Shown here in pieces: positions 28,501 through 39,438 of a stretch of DNA of 64,000 nucleotides (position 1 is the stretch's first letter; each line of letters begins with the position of its first letter). Both the position numbers and the translations under genes were made by a program. The stretch is taken from positions 60,866-124,865 of the forward strand of contig JAZDCZ010000365.1 in assembly GCA_036679605.1 (NCBI GenBank), given 5' to 3'. This stretch comes from Gemmatimonadota bacterium. Its GTDB lineage: Bacteria; Gemmatimonadota; Gemmatimonadetes; Gemmatimonadales; GWC2-71-9. The notes below the pieces were generated by a model. That model saw only the letters and a list, made by a program, of their open reading frames with translations. It was not told the DNA's origin and ran no database searches.

Positions 28501-29805
28501 TTAGTGAGTTCCCGGTGAATCGTAGTCGTCCACTTTTTTAGACGATCTGTCCTTAGTTGGTGTCTCGATTCCCCGAACTATGCAGCCCCTCCCGAATCGT
28601 GAGTTAATGTCGTCCACGGCGCCAATGATCAGACGGTCACGGTCCCGTTCCGGCGAGGATTCAGAGAGCAAGCTGAGTTGAAGGTGGATCTTGGGAGATG
28701 TGACCAGGTTAGAGGCAGAAACGCCTATCAGGCGGACTCCAGTACGACGGGCCGCTCTCAGTTGGCGGAGCAATTTCCGGACGGTCTTGCGGATGGGACG
28801 GTCGGAGGCCGTCGGGGCGTCGAATGTGCTACTTGCTTGCCTGGTAGTGAAATCTGCGTCCCGCAATCTGACCGAAATCGTGCGGGCGAAAAATCCCTTG
28901 CCGCGCAAGTCGGCGGCAATGCGCGTAGCTTTGCGCAGTACTTCTCTCTCGATGTCTCTGTCCGATTCGAGATCGATGGCGAACGTCTCCTCCCGACTCA
29001 AGGACTTGGCGGCCACGTGGCTTACAACTGGGGCAGCATCGATTCCCCGTATTCTTGAGTGGAGCCATCGACCGGTTCGCTCACCGAACCACGCTGTCAA
29101 ACTCTCCGGGTCGATCGCCAGGGCTTGTTGCACGCTGCTTAGGCCGTGCTTGGCAAGGCGCGCCTGCAGACGCGGACCGACTCCAGGGATATCGGCGAGG
29201 TTGAGTTGGGAAAGGAATTGTGTCTCTTTGCCTGGCTGAACGATGAAAACGCCCGCTGCGTGATCGTTGTGCGGTTTGGCGCGCTTAGCCGCCAGCTTGG
29301 CGATCAGGCGTGACGTGCCGCCTCCGATCGAGATTTTGAGCCCAGTTCGATCGGAGACAGCCTGGCGAATTGTGGCCGCGATCGCTGCCAGGGACTCCCC
29401 GTCATATAGCTGTGCCGTTCCTGTCATGTCGAGGTAGAACTCGTCGATGCTCGCGGGCTCTACGATCGGAGTGAACTGCGACAGCACTTGTTTGATTTCG
29501 TGGCTCTTGCGGCGGCATAGCTCGCCCGCTACTGGGACTCGTGTCGCCTGGGGACAGAGGCGTAACGCTTGGGCCATCGGCATACCGGAGCGGACTCCAA
29601 ACCGCCTGGTTTCGTAGGACGCCGAAGTGACTACGCCCCGGCGAGTGGCTGCACCGCCCACAACCAGCAAGGGCTTGCGGCCCGCAACTTCGGGGTCTGC
29701 TAGCCGAGCGACCGCTACGAAGAAGGCATCGGCATCCGCCAGGAGGATCTGCCGTTCAAGGCTACTGGTTCTCGGCTCATCGAGCGGCGCTGCCACTTGT
29801 CTCAA
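28501..29805 (-). CDS. dinB: DNA polymerase IV
   Basis: DADAFF, SASYETRRFGVRSGMP, SIDEFYLD, IPGVG, KSLSREETF. Confidence 0.93.
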   Translation of the reverse strand: MRQVAAPLDEPRTSSLERQILLADADAFFVAVARLADPEVAGRKPLLVVGGAATRRGVVTSASYETRRFGVRSGMPMAQALRLCPQATRVPVAGELCRRKSHEIKQVLSQFTPIVEPASIDEFYLDMTGTAQLYDGESLAAIAATIRQAVSDRTGLKISIGGGTSRLIAKLAAKRAKPHNDHAAGVFIVQPGKETQFLSQLNLADIPGVGPRLQARLAKHGLSSVQQALAIDPESLTAWFGERTGRWLHSRIRGIDAAPVVSHVAAKSLSREETFAIDLESDRDIEREVLRKATRIAADLRGKGFFARTISVRLRDADFTTRQASSTFDAPTASDRPIRKTVRKLLRQLRAARRTGVRLIGVSASNLVTSPKIHLQLSLLSESSPERDRDRLIIGAVDDINSRFGRGCIVRGIETPTKDRSSKKVDDYDSPGTH

Positions 29806-29806
29806 C

Positions 29807-31399
29807 CTAGGGGGCTAGGTTTCGACGCACTCTGATTGGCAGGATGGACCAACCGTACCGGATGGGGACGCCGCGCTGAGTTCGGAACGGATCGCCGGGT
29901 GAAGGCGAATTCACGCTGGCGTAGTGAACCGCAACCACGCGCTGGCGCAGATCGATGAGTGGACCCCCGCTTCCCCCCACGGTGGTCGCCGCAGTGTGAA
30001 TGACCTCTGTGCCTGTGGCGTCGCTGACGCTGCCATTGAGAATGAGTGGCTGGATCAACCCTCTACGCGCCAGTTCCACGGCAAGCTCCCGACTGTCCTC
30101 GCCAGCCTTGCGTAGGATCTCGGCGCGCTCATCGTCGTCGACTCGGAACAGCAGGTTGTGAACACCGGTGGGATAACCGATGAACACCAAGGGGTCACCG
30201 GGGCGTGGACCTTGGGTGGCGGGTGCCAGCGGGAGCGGTGGAGCGTCAACTCTCGACCCCAGAATGTGCATGACCGCAATGTCAGCCTGGTCCGATGAGG
30301 AGTCCACCACCATAGAGAATGATTGTCGCCCAGGCGGGAAGAACGCCTCCAGGGAAATGAATCGGCCGGTCGCCCGAATGCCACGCGACTGCATGAACGC
30401 GAGTTCTTCGTCCTCGCGCCACGGCTCGGCGACGTGCCGGTTGGTTAGCAAATATCCGGCTGAATCGATTAGGAACGCGGTGGCCGTTCCTTGGCGCTTG
30501 ACCGGCGGCCCAGACCCGCCGAAACCTACTTGCGGGGTTGGCGGGCCTCTTCCACTGGGCGAGACAATCGGGTTACCCCTTGAGTCGATGGAGTAACGCA
30601 GAAGCTCGGTGCCTCCCCTCTCAACGTATCCGTACGAGAAAACTACCAGCGCCACGCCCCGGCTGTAGTCTCGGATCTTGTTCGGATCGATACGTGGATC
30701 TTCGGCTAGCTTCTGCTGACTGGCCTCTACTGCGTCTCGCAGGGAATCGTAGCGTGAAAGGACTGTTGCGAGATCTTGTTCAAGTGCAGTTCGTGAAGTC
30801 AGTTCGGTGCCCAGCGTGCTCGAAAGTTCGGCTAACGTGCGCTCGAGAGCGGCCTTGCTCCGCTCCTGCCAGATTCCCACCCCCACGATCCCGACAAGTC
30901 CGAATAATGATATGACCAAGAGGAGCCGCCGAGTGTGGCGTACTCGCCGCACGGCTACCGCAAGCAGTTCGCGGGTAGTCCGGGTTGGGTGCGCGCCAAG
31001 TCTTGACTTCGCATCCGAGTCGGGTCGCGTAAGCGCGAGTAGTTCGGATGCACGGGCCGTTTCGCTAGGGTCGAGGGTCGGCATCACTCCGTCTTGGGCA
31101 TGGAGTACGAATCTCGCACCGGGGCCGCCTGCTCCGAATTGTAGGAGGTCACCCTCTCTCAGGATGCGCTGCTCAATCCGCTCGGCATTTACGAACGTGC
31201 CGTTGCGGCTATCGCTATCGCGCAGGACATGACTGCCGTCCCGACAGAGCAGCGTTGCATGCCTAGACGACACCAGCACCTCGTGAGGTGCGAAGGTTAT
31301 GGTACACTGTGGGTCTCGACCGAGCGTTATGTCTTCTCCGGTCAGGTCGAAAACCGTTCCTGCTCGGCTTCCCGTGAGGAATATTAGCCGTGGCGCCAT
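29807..31399 (-). CDS. FHA-domain, membrane-anchored trypsin-like serine protease
   Basis: LGR...VSSRHA...SRNGTFVN (FHA); TM helix; coiled coil; TNRHV, DIA, GGSGGP triad. Confidence 0.85.
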   Translation of the reverse strand: MAPRLIFLTGSRAGTVFDLTGEDITLGRDPQCTITFAPHEVLVSSRHATLLCRDGSHVLRDSDSRNGTFVNAERIEQRILREGDLLQFGAGGPGARFVLHAQDGVMPTLDPSETARASELLALTRPDSDAKSRLGAHPTRTTRELLAVAVRRVRHTRRLLLVISLFGLVGIVGVGIWQERSKAALERTLAELSSTLGTELTSRTALEQDLATVLSRYDSLRDAVEASQQKLAEDPRIDPNKIRDYSRGVALVVFSYGYVERGGTELLRYSIDSRGNPIVSPSGRGPPTPQVGFGGSGPPVKRQGTATAFLIDSAGYLLTNRHVAEPWREDEELAFMQSRGIRATGRFISLEAFFPPGRQSFSMVVDSSSDQADIAVMHILGSRVDAPPLPLAPATQGPRPGDPLVFIGYPTGVHNLLFRVDDDERAEILRKAGEDSRELAVELARRGLIQPLILNGSVSDATGTEVIHTAATTVGGSGGPLIDLRQRVVAVHYASVNSPSPGDPFRTQRGVPIRYGWSILPIRVRRNLAP

Positions 31400-31526
31400 C
31401 CAATCCCTCCTAGACTGACAAAGCTAGCGTAGCTGGCCTTGCGCAGCGGTGTCAAGTGAGCGTGACCTCTGGTGCGGCCCCAAGTCCGCGTGGCTATCTT
31501 TGCAAGACGAAAGGATGGGCTCAATC

Positions 31527-32024
31527 ATGCCGATGGTTCCGTTTGATCAACTACCCGAGAGCGCCAGGCTTTGGGCCTTCGGGTGCTCACGTTCACTGGA
31601 TGTGGGTGAGGAGCGAGAACTGAAAGAATCGGTCGAGTTGTTTCTTACCGACTGGGCGGCCCATGGCGCATTGCTAACGTCGAGCTGGGAGTGGCGATAT
31701 CACCAATTCCTGTTTGTGGCGGTGGACCAAAGTGACACGGGACCGTCCGGTTGCTCGATCGACGCGCTGGTGGGGCGTCTCAGGGCGCTCGGCTCGAAAC
31801 TGGGCGTCGATCTCCTGGCCAACAGCCCTGTCTTCTATCGGGACGATAGCGGCATTCGCAGAGTAACTCGTGACGAGTTCTCCGAATCGATGCAAGCGGG
31901 TACGGTGGACCTTGATACCGTGGTTTTCGACAATACGATTCAGTCTGTGAGTGAACTCAGGACGGGACGGTGGGAGTTGCCCGCCAAGGAGTCGTGGCAC
32001 GCACGCGCCTTTTCTCTGGTCTAA
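31527..32024 (+). CDS. Conserved hypothetical protein
   Basis: LPESARLWAF, WAAHG, SGCSID, VFDNT, SWH motifs. Confidence 0.7.
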   Translation: MPMVPFDQLPESARLWAFGCSRSLDVGEERELKESVELFLTDWAAHGALLTSSWEWRYHQFLFVAVDQSDTGPSGCSIDALVGRLRALGSKLGVDLLANSPVFYRDDSGIRRVTRDEFSESMQAGTVDLDTVVFDNTIQSVSELRTGRWELPAKESWHARAFSLV

Positions 32025-32175
32025 ATCGTTTGCCTGGTGCCATTTAGGGGTTTTGTTGGCCGGGTCCTTGGTGCTGGGAGCAATCGGTACCTCGAATGAA
32101 GAGTGAAACCCTCGTGTCGGCTTCGACGTAAAGCCCTAGTAGGTAGATAGACATACAGATATGGGAGAGTGAGTT

Positions 32176-32922
32176 ATGAGGCCTGTCAGAAGGCTGTTTG
32201 TTTCGATCGGCGCCCCCCTCATCCTTGTGTTGGGAGTTGGGGTCGCCTGGGGTGTTCGGAAGGGCTCGACCATGGTCAGGGAAATCGAGCGCTGGAGTGA
32301 GAGCCTCGAGCATACCGCGGATCCCGTAGAGTTGCGGGTGTCCGGGTTCCCCATCATCTCCACCATGTATCTGGATGGCGCGAAGATCGGCAAGCTCGAC
32401 CGGATCGTCGTGTTGCGAGAGCGGGTCGGTGAAGTGGACAGCGTTCAATTGATCGCGCACGTGGATGACCGCCATCTAGCGCGCGTCAGCGGGTGCAACT
32501 TTGCATTCGATCCCGAGGCGATGCAGGACGTTTTTCCAACTGAAGGTTGGAAGCGAGTGTTACAGTGCGAGTCCGACGTTTCGCATCTTACGCCGTTTGG
32601 CTCGGTGTTGTTTGAAGGCTCAGATCTATCCTCACCGCTGTACGTGGAGCGTTGGTCTTCCGATTGTAGCGACGAGTTGAGCACCAACGTCGAGACCTCG
32701 GTCAGCGCAGCTATGGCCTCGGTGGTGGAAGTGTCGGAGGCATTGGGGGTAGAGGTAGACGCTTCGGTAGATGAATCGGTTGTAGCTCCAAGCGTCGCCC
32801 TATCAGTCGACTGTCTCGGGTCTCAGAAAGCGCGGTTGCGCGCGCAGGTCCGGCGATTACGCGATCAGATCCGGAGGGATGTCAGAAGGAGCACAAGAAA
32901 CGTCCGGGTAAGGGTCCCCTAG
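32176..32922 (+). CDS. Hypothetical membrane-anchored protein
   Basis: 248-aa ORF with N-terminal TM helix, followed by a terminator. Confidence 0.6.
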   Translation: MRPVRRLFVSIGAPLILVLGVGVAWGVRKGSTMVREIERWSESLEHTADPVELRVSGFPIISTMYLDGAKIGKLDRIVVLRERVGEVDSVQLIAHVDDRHLARVSGCNFAFDPEAMQDVFPTEGWKRVLQCESDVSHLTPFGSVLFEGSDLSSPLYVERWSSDCSDELSTNVETSVSAAMASVVEVSEALGVEVDASVDESVVAPSVALSVDCLGSQKARLRAQVRRLRDQIRRDVRRSTRNVRVRVP

Positions 32923-32944
32923 TTCAGGCCGGTATGGCTACTAT

Positions 32945-32978
32945 GAAACCCGCCCGGCTTCTGAGTCGGTCGGGTTTC
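32945..32978 (+). terminator. Putative intrinsic terminator
   Basis: GAAACCCG.CCGGC / GTCGG.CGGGTTTC hairpin. Confidence 0.6.
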
Positions 32979-33035
32979 GTCTATTTAGACCCCACACTTA
33001 TCTGAGATCCGTCAGTACTGTAGATTCGCCAGGAC

Positions 33036-35036
33036 ATGAGTGATCGAATCCTCCACACCACGTGTCCCCTGGATTGTCCGGACAGCTGTGCTCTCGAAGT
33101 GTCGATTGGGGATGATGGGGATTTTTCAATCGAGGGTAGTAACGACCACCCACTGACATCCGGGTTTATCTGCAGCAAGGTTTCGCGGTTCGGGCGTCGA
33201 GTCTCGCATGCAGACCGCCTGCTCCATCCCATGCGGCGAACCGGAAAGAAGGGAGACGGGAGTTTTGAGAGGATCTCCTGGAGTGAGGCAGTAGAAGAAA
33301 TCACTCAGCGGTTCGGCGAGATTATCTCGAAATGGGGGGGAGAAGCGATCCTCCCCTATCACTATGGCGGCTCTAACGGATTCCTTACGGATGGTTTGAT
33401 TGACGACCTGTACTTCGCAAGACTGGGCGCGTCGCGGATCGCTAAGACTCTGTGTGCAGCCACGTCGGGCGCTGTTACCGAGGGGATGTATGGGAAGATG
33501 CCGGGAGTGGCGATCGAGGACTATCAGCGCGCCGGCTGCATAGTGGTTTGGGGAGCTAATCCGAAAGCGTCCAATATCCACCTGGTGCCGTTTCTCAAAC
33601 AGGCAAAGCAGCGAGGGGCTTTCATAGCCGCAATCGATCCGATCCGGAACTTTTCGGACCGGGAGATCGATGTCCATCTACCGGTCAGGCCCGGTGCGGA
33701 TCTGCCGTTGGCCTTGGGGTTGATAAAGCGTTGGATCGATACGGATCAATTAGACAGTGAATTCTTGGACGGTAACGTTCGTTCAGTTGATCCGATCCTG
33801 GCCGCGGCCCAAGAGTGGCCACTAGATAGAGCTGCAGCGGAGGCTGGAGTCTCCGAGCATGACATTGTCGTTCTGGCCGATGCCTACGCCGAGCGGTCTC
33901 CGGCCGTTATTCGCTGTGGGTGGGGGCTCGAGCGGAATCGAAACGGCGGGCGCGCCATTGCGGCAATTCTGGCAATGCCGGCTCTGCTGGGCAAGTTCGG
34001 AGTTCGGGGCGGTGGATATACTCTGAGCAATAGCGGCCACGCCACTTTCGATCGGGCGCGGCTGTTCGACACGTCGGATTGGCAGACTCGGCGGTTCAAC
34101 CAAACTCGGTTGGCAGCAGTGCTGAGGGAGACGGTAGATCCTCCGGTGAAAGCTCTTTTCGTTTACAACTGCAATCCCGCCGTTACAGTGCCCGATCAGA
34201 GATCGGTGCTGCGGGAATTATCGGACGAAGATCTGTTTACGGTGGTTTTTGACCAAGTGATGACAGACACGGCTGCCTATGGTGATATACTGCTACCCGC
34301 CACGACGTTTCTCGAGCACTGGGACCTGCGGGTCTCCTACGGCAGCTACACAGTAGGTGGAGTGAGACCGGTTATGGAGCCGCGAGGGGAAGCTAGGTCC
34401 AATGTGGAAGTCTTCGCGGAGCTTGGACGAGCCATGGAATTCACCGACAAAGCGTTTTCATGGACATCTGAAATGGCGTTGGAGCAAGTCGCTGCTGCCA
34501 TGTCGTTGAATGGACTAGCGATCGATTCTAGGGTGATCGCGCGGGGTGGATCGCAACGGCATGAGCAACATCAGAATTTCTTACCGCGGACGCTAGATGG
34601 CAAAATTGATCTTTGTCCCCAGCAGCTTGGTGCTGCTCCGTTCAGGTATGATGATACCGCTTCCCCAGGCTTTCCCCTGAGACTGGTTAGTCCAGCCAGC
34701 TCAAAGATGATTACCAGCACGTTAGGCGAGTTCAATCTCGATGAGTTGGTTGTGCTGCTTCATCCGGACGATGCGGCAATCCGTGGAATTGTGACTGGTG
34801 ATGCCGTTCGCGTTTTCAACGAATTGGGGGAGGTGATCTGTACATCGCGCGTAACCGACCGAATTCGTCCCGGTGTCGTATCGATGCCCAAGGGCGCGTG
34901 GCGCAAGTCGTCACGTAACGGGCTGACGTCGACCGCGCTCTGCCCTCCACATGTCAATGACGTCGGCGGCGGGGCATGCTTCAACGATGCCCGCGTGGAG
35001 GTAGCGGTAACGCATGCGTTACCGCTACCCACCTAG
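33036..35036 (+). CDS. Molybdopterin-dependent oxidoreductase (DMSO reductase superfamily)
   Basis: CPLDCPDSC Fe-S motif, ISWSEA, WGANP, TDTAAYGDILLPA, HPDDA..RGI..GD. Confidence 0.9.
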   Translation: MSDRILHTTCPLDCPDSCALEVSIGDDGDFSIEGSNDHPLTSGFICSKVSRFGRRVSHADRLLHPMRRTGKKGDGSFERISWSEAVEEITQRFGEIISKWGGEAILPYHYGGSNGFLTDGLIDDLYFARLGASRIAKTLCAATSGAVTEGMYGKMPGVAIEDYQRAGCIVVWGANPKASNIHLVPFLKQAKQRGAFIAAIDPIRNFSDREIDVHLPVRPGADLPLALGLIKRWIDTDQLDSEFLDGNVRSVDPILAAAQEWPLDRAAAEAGVSEHDIVVLADAYAERSPAVIRCGWGLERNRNGGRAIAAILAMPALLGKFGVRGGGYTLSNSGHATFDRARLFDTSDWQTRRFNQTRLAAVLRETVDPPVKALFVYNCNPAVTVPDQRSVLRELSDEDLFTVVFDQVMTDTAAYGDILLPATTFLEHWDLRVSYGSYTVGGVRPVMEPRGEARSNVEVFAELGRAMEFTDKAFSWTSEMALEQVAAAMSLNGLAIDSRVIARGGSQRHEQHQNFLPRTLDGKIDLCPQQLGAAPFRYDDTASPGFPLRLVSPASSKMITSTLGEFNLDELVVLLHPDDAAIRGIVTGDAVRVFNELGEVICTSRVTDRIRPGVVSMPKGAWRKSSRNGLTSTALCPPHVNDVGGGACFNDARVEVAVTHALPLPT

Positions 35037-36673
35037 GATGCATCGCCCTGCTGAAACACGATGTCTACAGGAACGCCCAATTCGGCGAGCCGATCGAGAT
35101 CGGATTGAAGAACCGGACCGACTATTCCTTTCTCATCGAACAACTTGGATGCAGCTTCGTAGTCTCCTTCACCCTGAATAGTGAGAATCAGACCTGATAG
35201 CTGAACCATTGCTTGCTTCATCTTTTCAAAATCTACGCTGTAACGTCCGGACGCTTCATCGCGTGTAAATGCGCCCAGTTCTTCAAAGAAATTGAAACGG
35301 ACCATGTTTGCCTTACCGTGGGCGTCAGATGCCCCGAATCTTACCGACCGGAACACACTTGCCATGAATGTGACGTAGTTGTCGCGTACATCGCCGTCGG
35401 TCAACTCTCCATCCTCGAACAGTTTCGTTATCATGTAGAGCCCCAGGATGTCGGCCTTACCTTCTTCCATCGCGGAAGCGTGTTCTTTGAGGGCCTCTCT
35501 TACCGTACCCTTCCCGTCAACCGTGTTCTTGATGCCGAGTCCGTGAGCTACCTCGTGAAACATGGTGTTTGCGAAGAAAGCGTCGAATGTGATGTGCTGC
35601 TCCTGGTCGGCAGCGATCAATTCGTTCGCAAGCGGTATTAGAATGTTGTCGAACTTTGCTCGCATGGTGTTCTTGAGCTGTAGCCTGCGCGTACCCTTCT
35701 CGAGTTGTACGGTCTCGTCGTTGGGAAGATTGATCGCGATTGTCTTTGCGCCCGTGTTGGCCTCACCCGCATAGTAGACCACATCATATGCGTTGAGGTC
35801 TGACTGGGATCCGGGCATCTCCTGTTTATAGGCAGGTGTCACAGGTAGCCCGCGCTGCAATGCGGGGAGTAGTGCCGTAAAGCGCGACAAGCGATCGCTC
35901 CACGTTTTGTCTTTAATGAGCACATATGCCTCGTACGCTGCCTTATAGCCAAAGAGTTGATCTTCATACGTTTCAATCGGCCCGATGATGATGTCGAGGG
36001 TGTTGTCCTTCATCGACATCCACGCCAAGTCGCTGGCTCGATATTCATCGTCAAGCAGTGCATCTGCACGGAGGGATAAGTAGTGCCTCAGGCCCGGATC
36101 TTCAGCAATCGCTGACGCTTCTCGGAGCTTGTCCGAGGCTTTCTTCACGTGATCTGCGAACGCCTCATGGTATGGTATCGTCGTGAGTGAACCGTCGGGA
36201 CCTCGACGTACCAGAGTATATAGGCTACGTAGCTGTTCCGAGCTTGCGGTAGAGGCGGCTTCCGCTTGCTCGAATTCCTGTTTGGTCAGATCGGCAGGAT
36301 ACAGATTGGCGCCGGCGGGCTTTTCACCGACTCCATCCACGAACGGCTTTTCGTTATTCAGTCTATCCCACGGTCCGATGTTGATAGCCACGTACTGTCG
36401 TTCTGTCGGTGAATCGATGCTTGCAAGTAGTGAATCCTTGTTACCGTAGGTCTGTTGCCAGAAGATCGGATCCATATGCTGGGCAGCCTCGATCAGAAGC
36501 GGAATCATCTGCCGTTCCGACACTGTTAGGCCGGACGTATCGAGGGTGAGTCGCACCGTAGCGTATTGATCGATCTTGTCTTGGACGTTCACTTGGTTAT
36601 TCTCACAGCTCGTTGATAAGAAGCCCAGCGAGAGAATCCCTGCAGCGGTAGCAAGTCGGTTAAGTCGGGTCAT
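35033..36673 (-). CDS. Zn-dependent peptidase, M49/DPP-III-like lipoprotein
   Basis: Lipobox STSC; GPWDRL, AINLPND, HEVAHGLG, EEGKAD. Confidence 0.88.
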   Translation of the reverse strand: MTRLNRLATAAGILSLGFLSTSCENNQVNVQDKIDQYATVRLTLDTSGLTVSERQMIPLLIEAAQHMDPIFWQQTYGNKDSLLASIDSPTERQYVAINIGPWDRLNNEKPFVDGVGEKPAGANLYPADLTKQEFEQAEAASTASSEQLRSLYTLVRRGPDGSLTTIPYHEAFADHVKKASDKLREASAIAEDPGLRHYLSLRADALLDDEYRASDLAWMSMKDNTLDIIIGPIETYEDQLFGYKAAYEAYVLIKDKTWSDRLSRFTALLPALQRGLPVTPAYKQEMPGSQSDLNAYDVVYYAGEANTGAKTIAINLPNDETVQLEKGTRRLQLKNTMRAKFDNILIPLANELIAADQEQHITFDAFFANTMFHEVAHGLGIKNTVDGKGTVREALKEHASAMEEGKADILGLYMITKLFEDGELTDGDVRDNYVTFMASVFRSVRFGASDAHGKANMVRFNFFEELGAFTRDEASGRYSVDFEKMKQAMVQLSGLILTIQGEGDYEAASKLFDEKGIVGPVLQSDLDRLAELGVPVDIVFQQGDAS

Positions 36674-36779
36674 GACGATCTCAGAGTTAGGTTGTGGCCA
36701 ACTATCGATATCGAGCGATCACGTATCTTATGTGCCGTGCTTGGGATTCTAGGTCCGTTTACGCCGGAGGTCCACCTTA

Positions 36780-37658
36780 GTGGCAAAACGCCGATGGATG
36801 CCCGTACTGCAACTCGCCTCCGGCGCTATACTGATCAGCTTCTCGCCGGTGTTTGTGAAGCTGGCCGGGATAGGACCCTCGGCCATTGCGTTCTACCGTG
36901 TGTTCATCGGCGGGATCATTCTCTCGGGCCTAGTCGTGATCGGCAGAACGCGAATCCGGATCGGGTCACGGGCACTGGGACTAGCTGGACTCTGCGGGTT
37001 GTTGCTCGCAGCAGATCTGATTCTTTGGCATCGCAGCATAGAGTTGATAGGTCCCGGGTTGGCCACGATCATGGGGAATTTCCAGGTGTTTGTCCTGGCA
37101 GGCTACGGTGTTCTTGTCTTACGCGAGCGCCTGACGCCGCGACTCGCCGTGGCGATTCCATTGGCGTTAGTCGGACTGTTCCTGATTTTCGGACTCGAGT
37201 GGACTGCGGTCCGGGCGGACTACAAACTCGGCGTCGGTCTTGGCCTGCTCACCGCGGCGACGTACGGCGGCTTTCTCATAATATTGAGGAAAGTACAGTC
37301 GGGCCCTGAAGCGCCTGATCCTACCGTTACACTGGCAATGTTGTCGCTCGTTGCAGCGATGTTCCTACCGGTGGTTGTGCAGCTGAGGGGCGAGAGTCTT
37401 CGAGTTGTCGATGCAGACACCTGGTTCTGGCTCATCTCGTACGCCATCGTGTCGCACGTGATCGGTTGGGTGTTGATTTCAAGGGCACTGCCCCGTGTGC
37501 AGGCGTCGCGCGTTGGGCTAATCTTGCTTCTTCAGCCTTCGTTGGCGTTCGTTTGGGATGTCGTCCTGTTCGGCCGTACCACGGTGCCGCTCGAACTCGC
37601 TGGGGCCGGCATGGCGCTAGGGGCTATCTATCTGGGGACCGCTGCGCCGCCCGAGTAG
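36780..37658 (+). CDS. DMT/EamA family transporter
   Basis: About 10 TM segments, two EamA repeats. Confidence 0.88.
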   Translation: MAKRRWMPVLQLASGAILISFSPVFVKLAGIGPSAIAFYRVFIGGIILSGLVVIGRTRIRIGSRALGLAGLCGLLLAADLILWHRSIELIGPGLATIMGNFQVFVLAGYGVLVLRERLTPRLAVAIPLALVGLFLIFGLEWTAVRADYKLGVGLGLLTAATYGGFLIILRKVQSGPEAPDPTVTLAMLSLVAAMFLPVVVQLRGESLRVVDADTWFWLISYAIVSHVIGWVLISRALPRVQASRVGLILLLQPSLAFVWDVVLFGRTTVPLELAGAGMALGAIYLGTAAPPE

Positions 37659-37663
37659 AAGCG

Positions 37664-38470
37664 CTAGAACCTTCCGCGCGACCGCTCCTTTGCCGGCAAA
37701 ACCTCTAAGCAGGTTGTCCACCAACCGGTTCTTATCGTCTCGATGAACTCATCCGGTAGGTTCTCGTCACGCATTTCGTTTGCCAGCAGCTCGTAGTCGT
37801 AGCGTAGCTGTACGAACTCGACGCGAATCTCGCAGTCTGTTGCGTCGAGCATGGTGTACCATACCTTGGACAGACCGTCGTTAGCGGGCCGGCCGACAGC
37901 GCCGACGTTGACATACCAAGATTGAGGACCGAGCCGGCGCTGCCAGTGGACCCCCGTATGTGTGCCCAGCAGTACGTCACAACGGAAATCTTGGGCTAAC
38001 TTCCGTAGGAAATGGGTCGGGGTAGCGGATTCCCACAGAAACTCGTTCATCTGGCGGGGACTGCCGTGACAGCACAGAACATCCAGGCCACCCAACCGAA
38101 ACCGAAAGTCGTTCGGTAGCTCGGCAAGCCACGCCCGGTGCGCAGTTGAAGTGTGGGCGAATGTGTAGTCGTACGAAAGCGCTGCGAAGTAGTTGTCGCG
38201 TGGGTCGGTGTATCCACATTGACAATCAGCGAGGCCGCGTGCAAGGGAGTCATCATAGTTACCGCGCATGACTTTGACATCGTACTGCTCGAGTATTGGA
38301 AACACCTTGTCAGGTGAGGGTCCAAAGGCACCGAGATCACCAAGGCAAAAAATCTGCTCGGCGCCACGCTCACGAGCGTCGCGAACGGCGGTCTCTAGGG
38401 CGATGTGATTAGAGTACACACCACCGAGCGCCGCTATTCGCGTGAAACTTGAGTCGGGAGGCTGGTTCAC
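37664..38470 (-). CDS. Metallophosphoesterase family protein with CxCGY motif
   Basis: LGDL, GNYDD, DCQCGY, CHGSP, THTG, NVGAVG; the first motif reads GGVYSN instead of the usual DxHxN. Confidence 0.8.
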   Translation of the reverse strand: MNQPPDSSFTRIAALGGVYSNHIALETAVRDARERGAEQIFCLGDLGAFGPSPDKVFPILEQYDVKVMRGNYDDSLARGLADCQCGYTDPRDNYFAALSYDYTFAHTSTAHRAWLAELPNDFRFRLGGLDVLCCHGSPRQMNEFLWESATPTHFLRKLAQDFRCDVLLGTHTGVHWQRRLGPQSWYVNVGAVGRPANDGLSKVWYTMLDATDCEIRVEFVQLRYDYELLANEMRDENLPDEFIETIRTGWWTTCLEVLPAKERSRGRF

Positions 38471-39381
38471 GTGGCGTTCCTACTACCGATGCTGACGTTG
38501 GAGCAGATCGCGCCGTTCATGTAGCAGGTGAAACAGGCCTGCTCACCCAGAGGCGTGCGCTTTTCAGCCGTCTCTTGCAGACTATCCCCAAGCCGGGCGC
38601 TGGGGTAGTCCACAAGGATCGGGCATGCATAAACTCCTCGTGCCGTGACCAGCCTGGCCCGAGTGCACAGTAGCTGGTCGATATCGTAACCCACCATCAT
38701 CTCAGGCGAGATTCGTTCACAATCCGAGTACTCGCGCGACCGGGATGCTTCCTCGCCCATGTGCAAAGGTGGTAGGATCTTGACTCTAGCCTTACGGTAG
38801 CCGATGCCGGACAACAGTTGGCGGAAATCTTCCAGGATCTGATCATGTTGATCGTCGGGCCAGCTCTGCATCGCCGTTATGATAGGAAGGAACCCAGCCG
38901 CTACCAGACGTTCCACACCCACGAGTGCTCGAGTGAAGGTGCCGGCTCCTCGAATCGCATCGTTGGTTTGCGGTGAGACTCCGTCTATGCTGACGCGGAA
39001 CTCCAAGGAATAAAGTGATTGCTCTGCCACAGAAGCCAGGGCGTCGACCTTTCTGTTACTTAACAGCGTAGCATTGGTCAGAACCGTGGTTGGGCCTAAC
39101 TTCAACGCGTCGCCCAGTATCTCAACTATCTCGCGGTTCATGAATGGTTCGCCACCCGTGAAGTAGTATTCCTTGACTCCGAGTGAAATCGACTCGTCCA
39201 GCGCCAGTCGTACGGTTGCCCGATCCATGAACCAGAACGAGTGATTGTTTGGTGAACAGCTTATGAAGCAGTGCCGACACCGGAGATTGCAGACCGTACC
39301 GGCGACCTGGAGCCAGAGCTGATCCAGTGCCGTCAGCGGAACGGTTGGTGGTGGTGGGGCGTCGTAGATCGATTGGGTCAT
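38467..39381 (-). CDS. Radical SAM protein with Cys-rich C-terminus (ArsS-like)
   Basis: CNLRCRHC, TGGEP, TN, VSIDG; C-terminal LLC...ACP...CFTC...IC. Confidence 0.88.
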   Translation of the reverse strand: MTQSIYDAPPPPTVPLTALDQLWLQVAGTVCNLRCRHCFISCSPNNHSFWFMDRATVRLALDESISLGVKEYYFTGGEPFMNREIVEILGDALKLGPTTVLTNATLLSNRKVDALASVAEQSLYSLEFRVSIDGVSPQTNDAIRGAGTFTRALVGVERLVAAGFLPIITAMQSWPDDQHDQILEDFRQLLSGIGYRKARVKILPPLHMGEEASRSREYSDCERISPEMMVGYDIDQLLCTRARLVTARGVYACPILVDYPSARLGDSLQETAEKRTPLGEQACFTCYMNGAICSNVSIGSRNAT

Positions 39382-39438
39382 GAAGCATATTATTGAGATT
39401 GACTGAAGAACGATAGTCGTCAACAAAGGGGTCGTATT

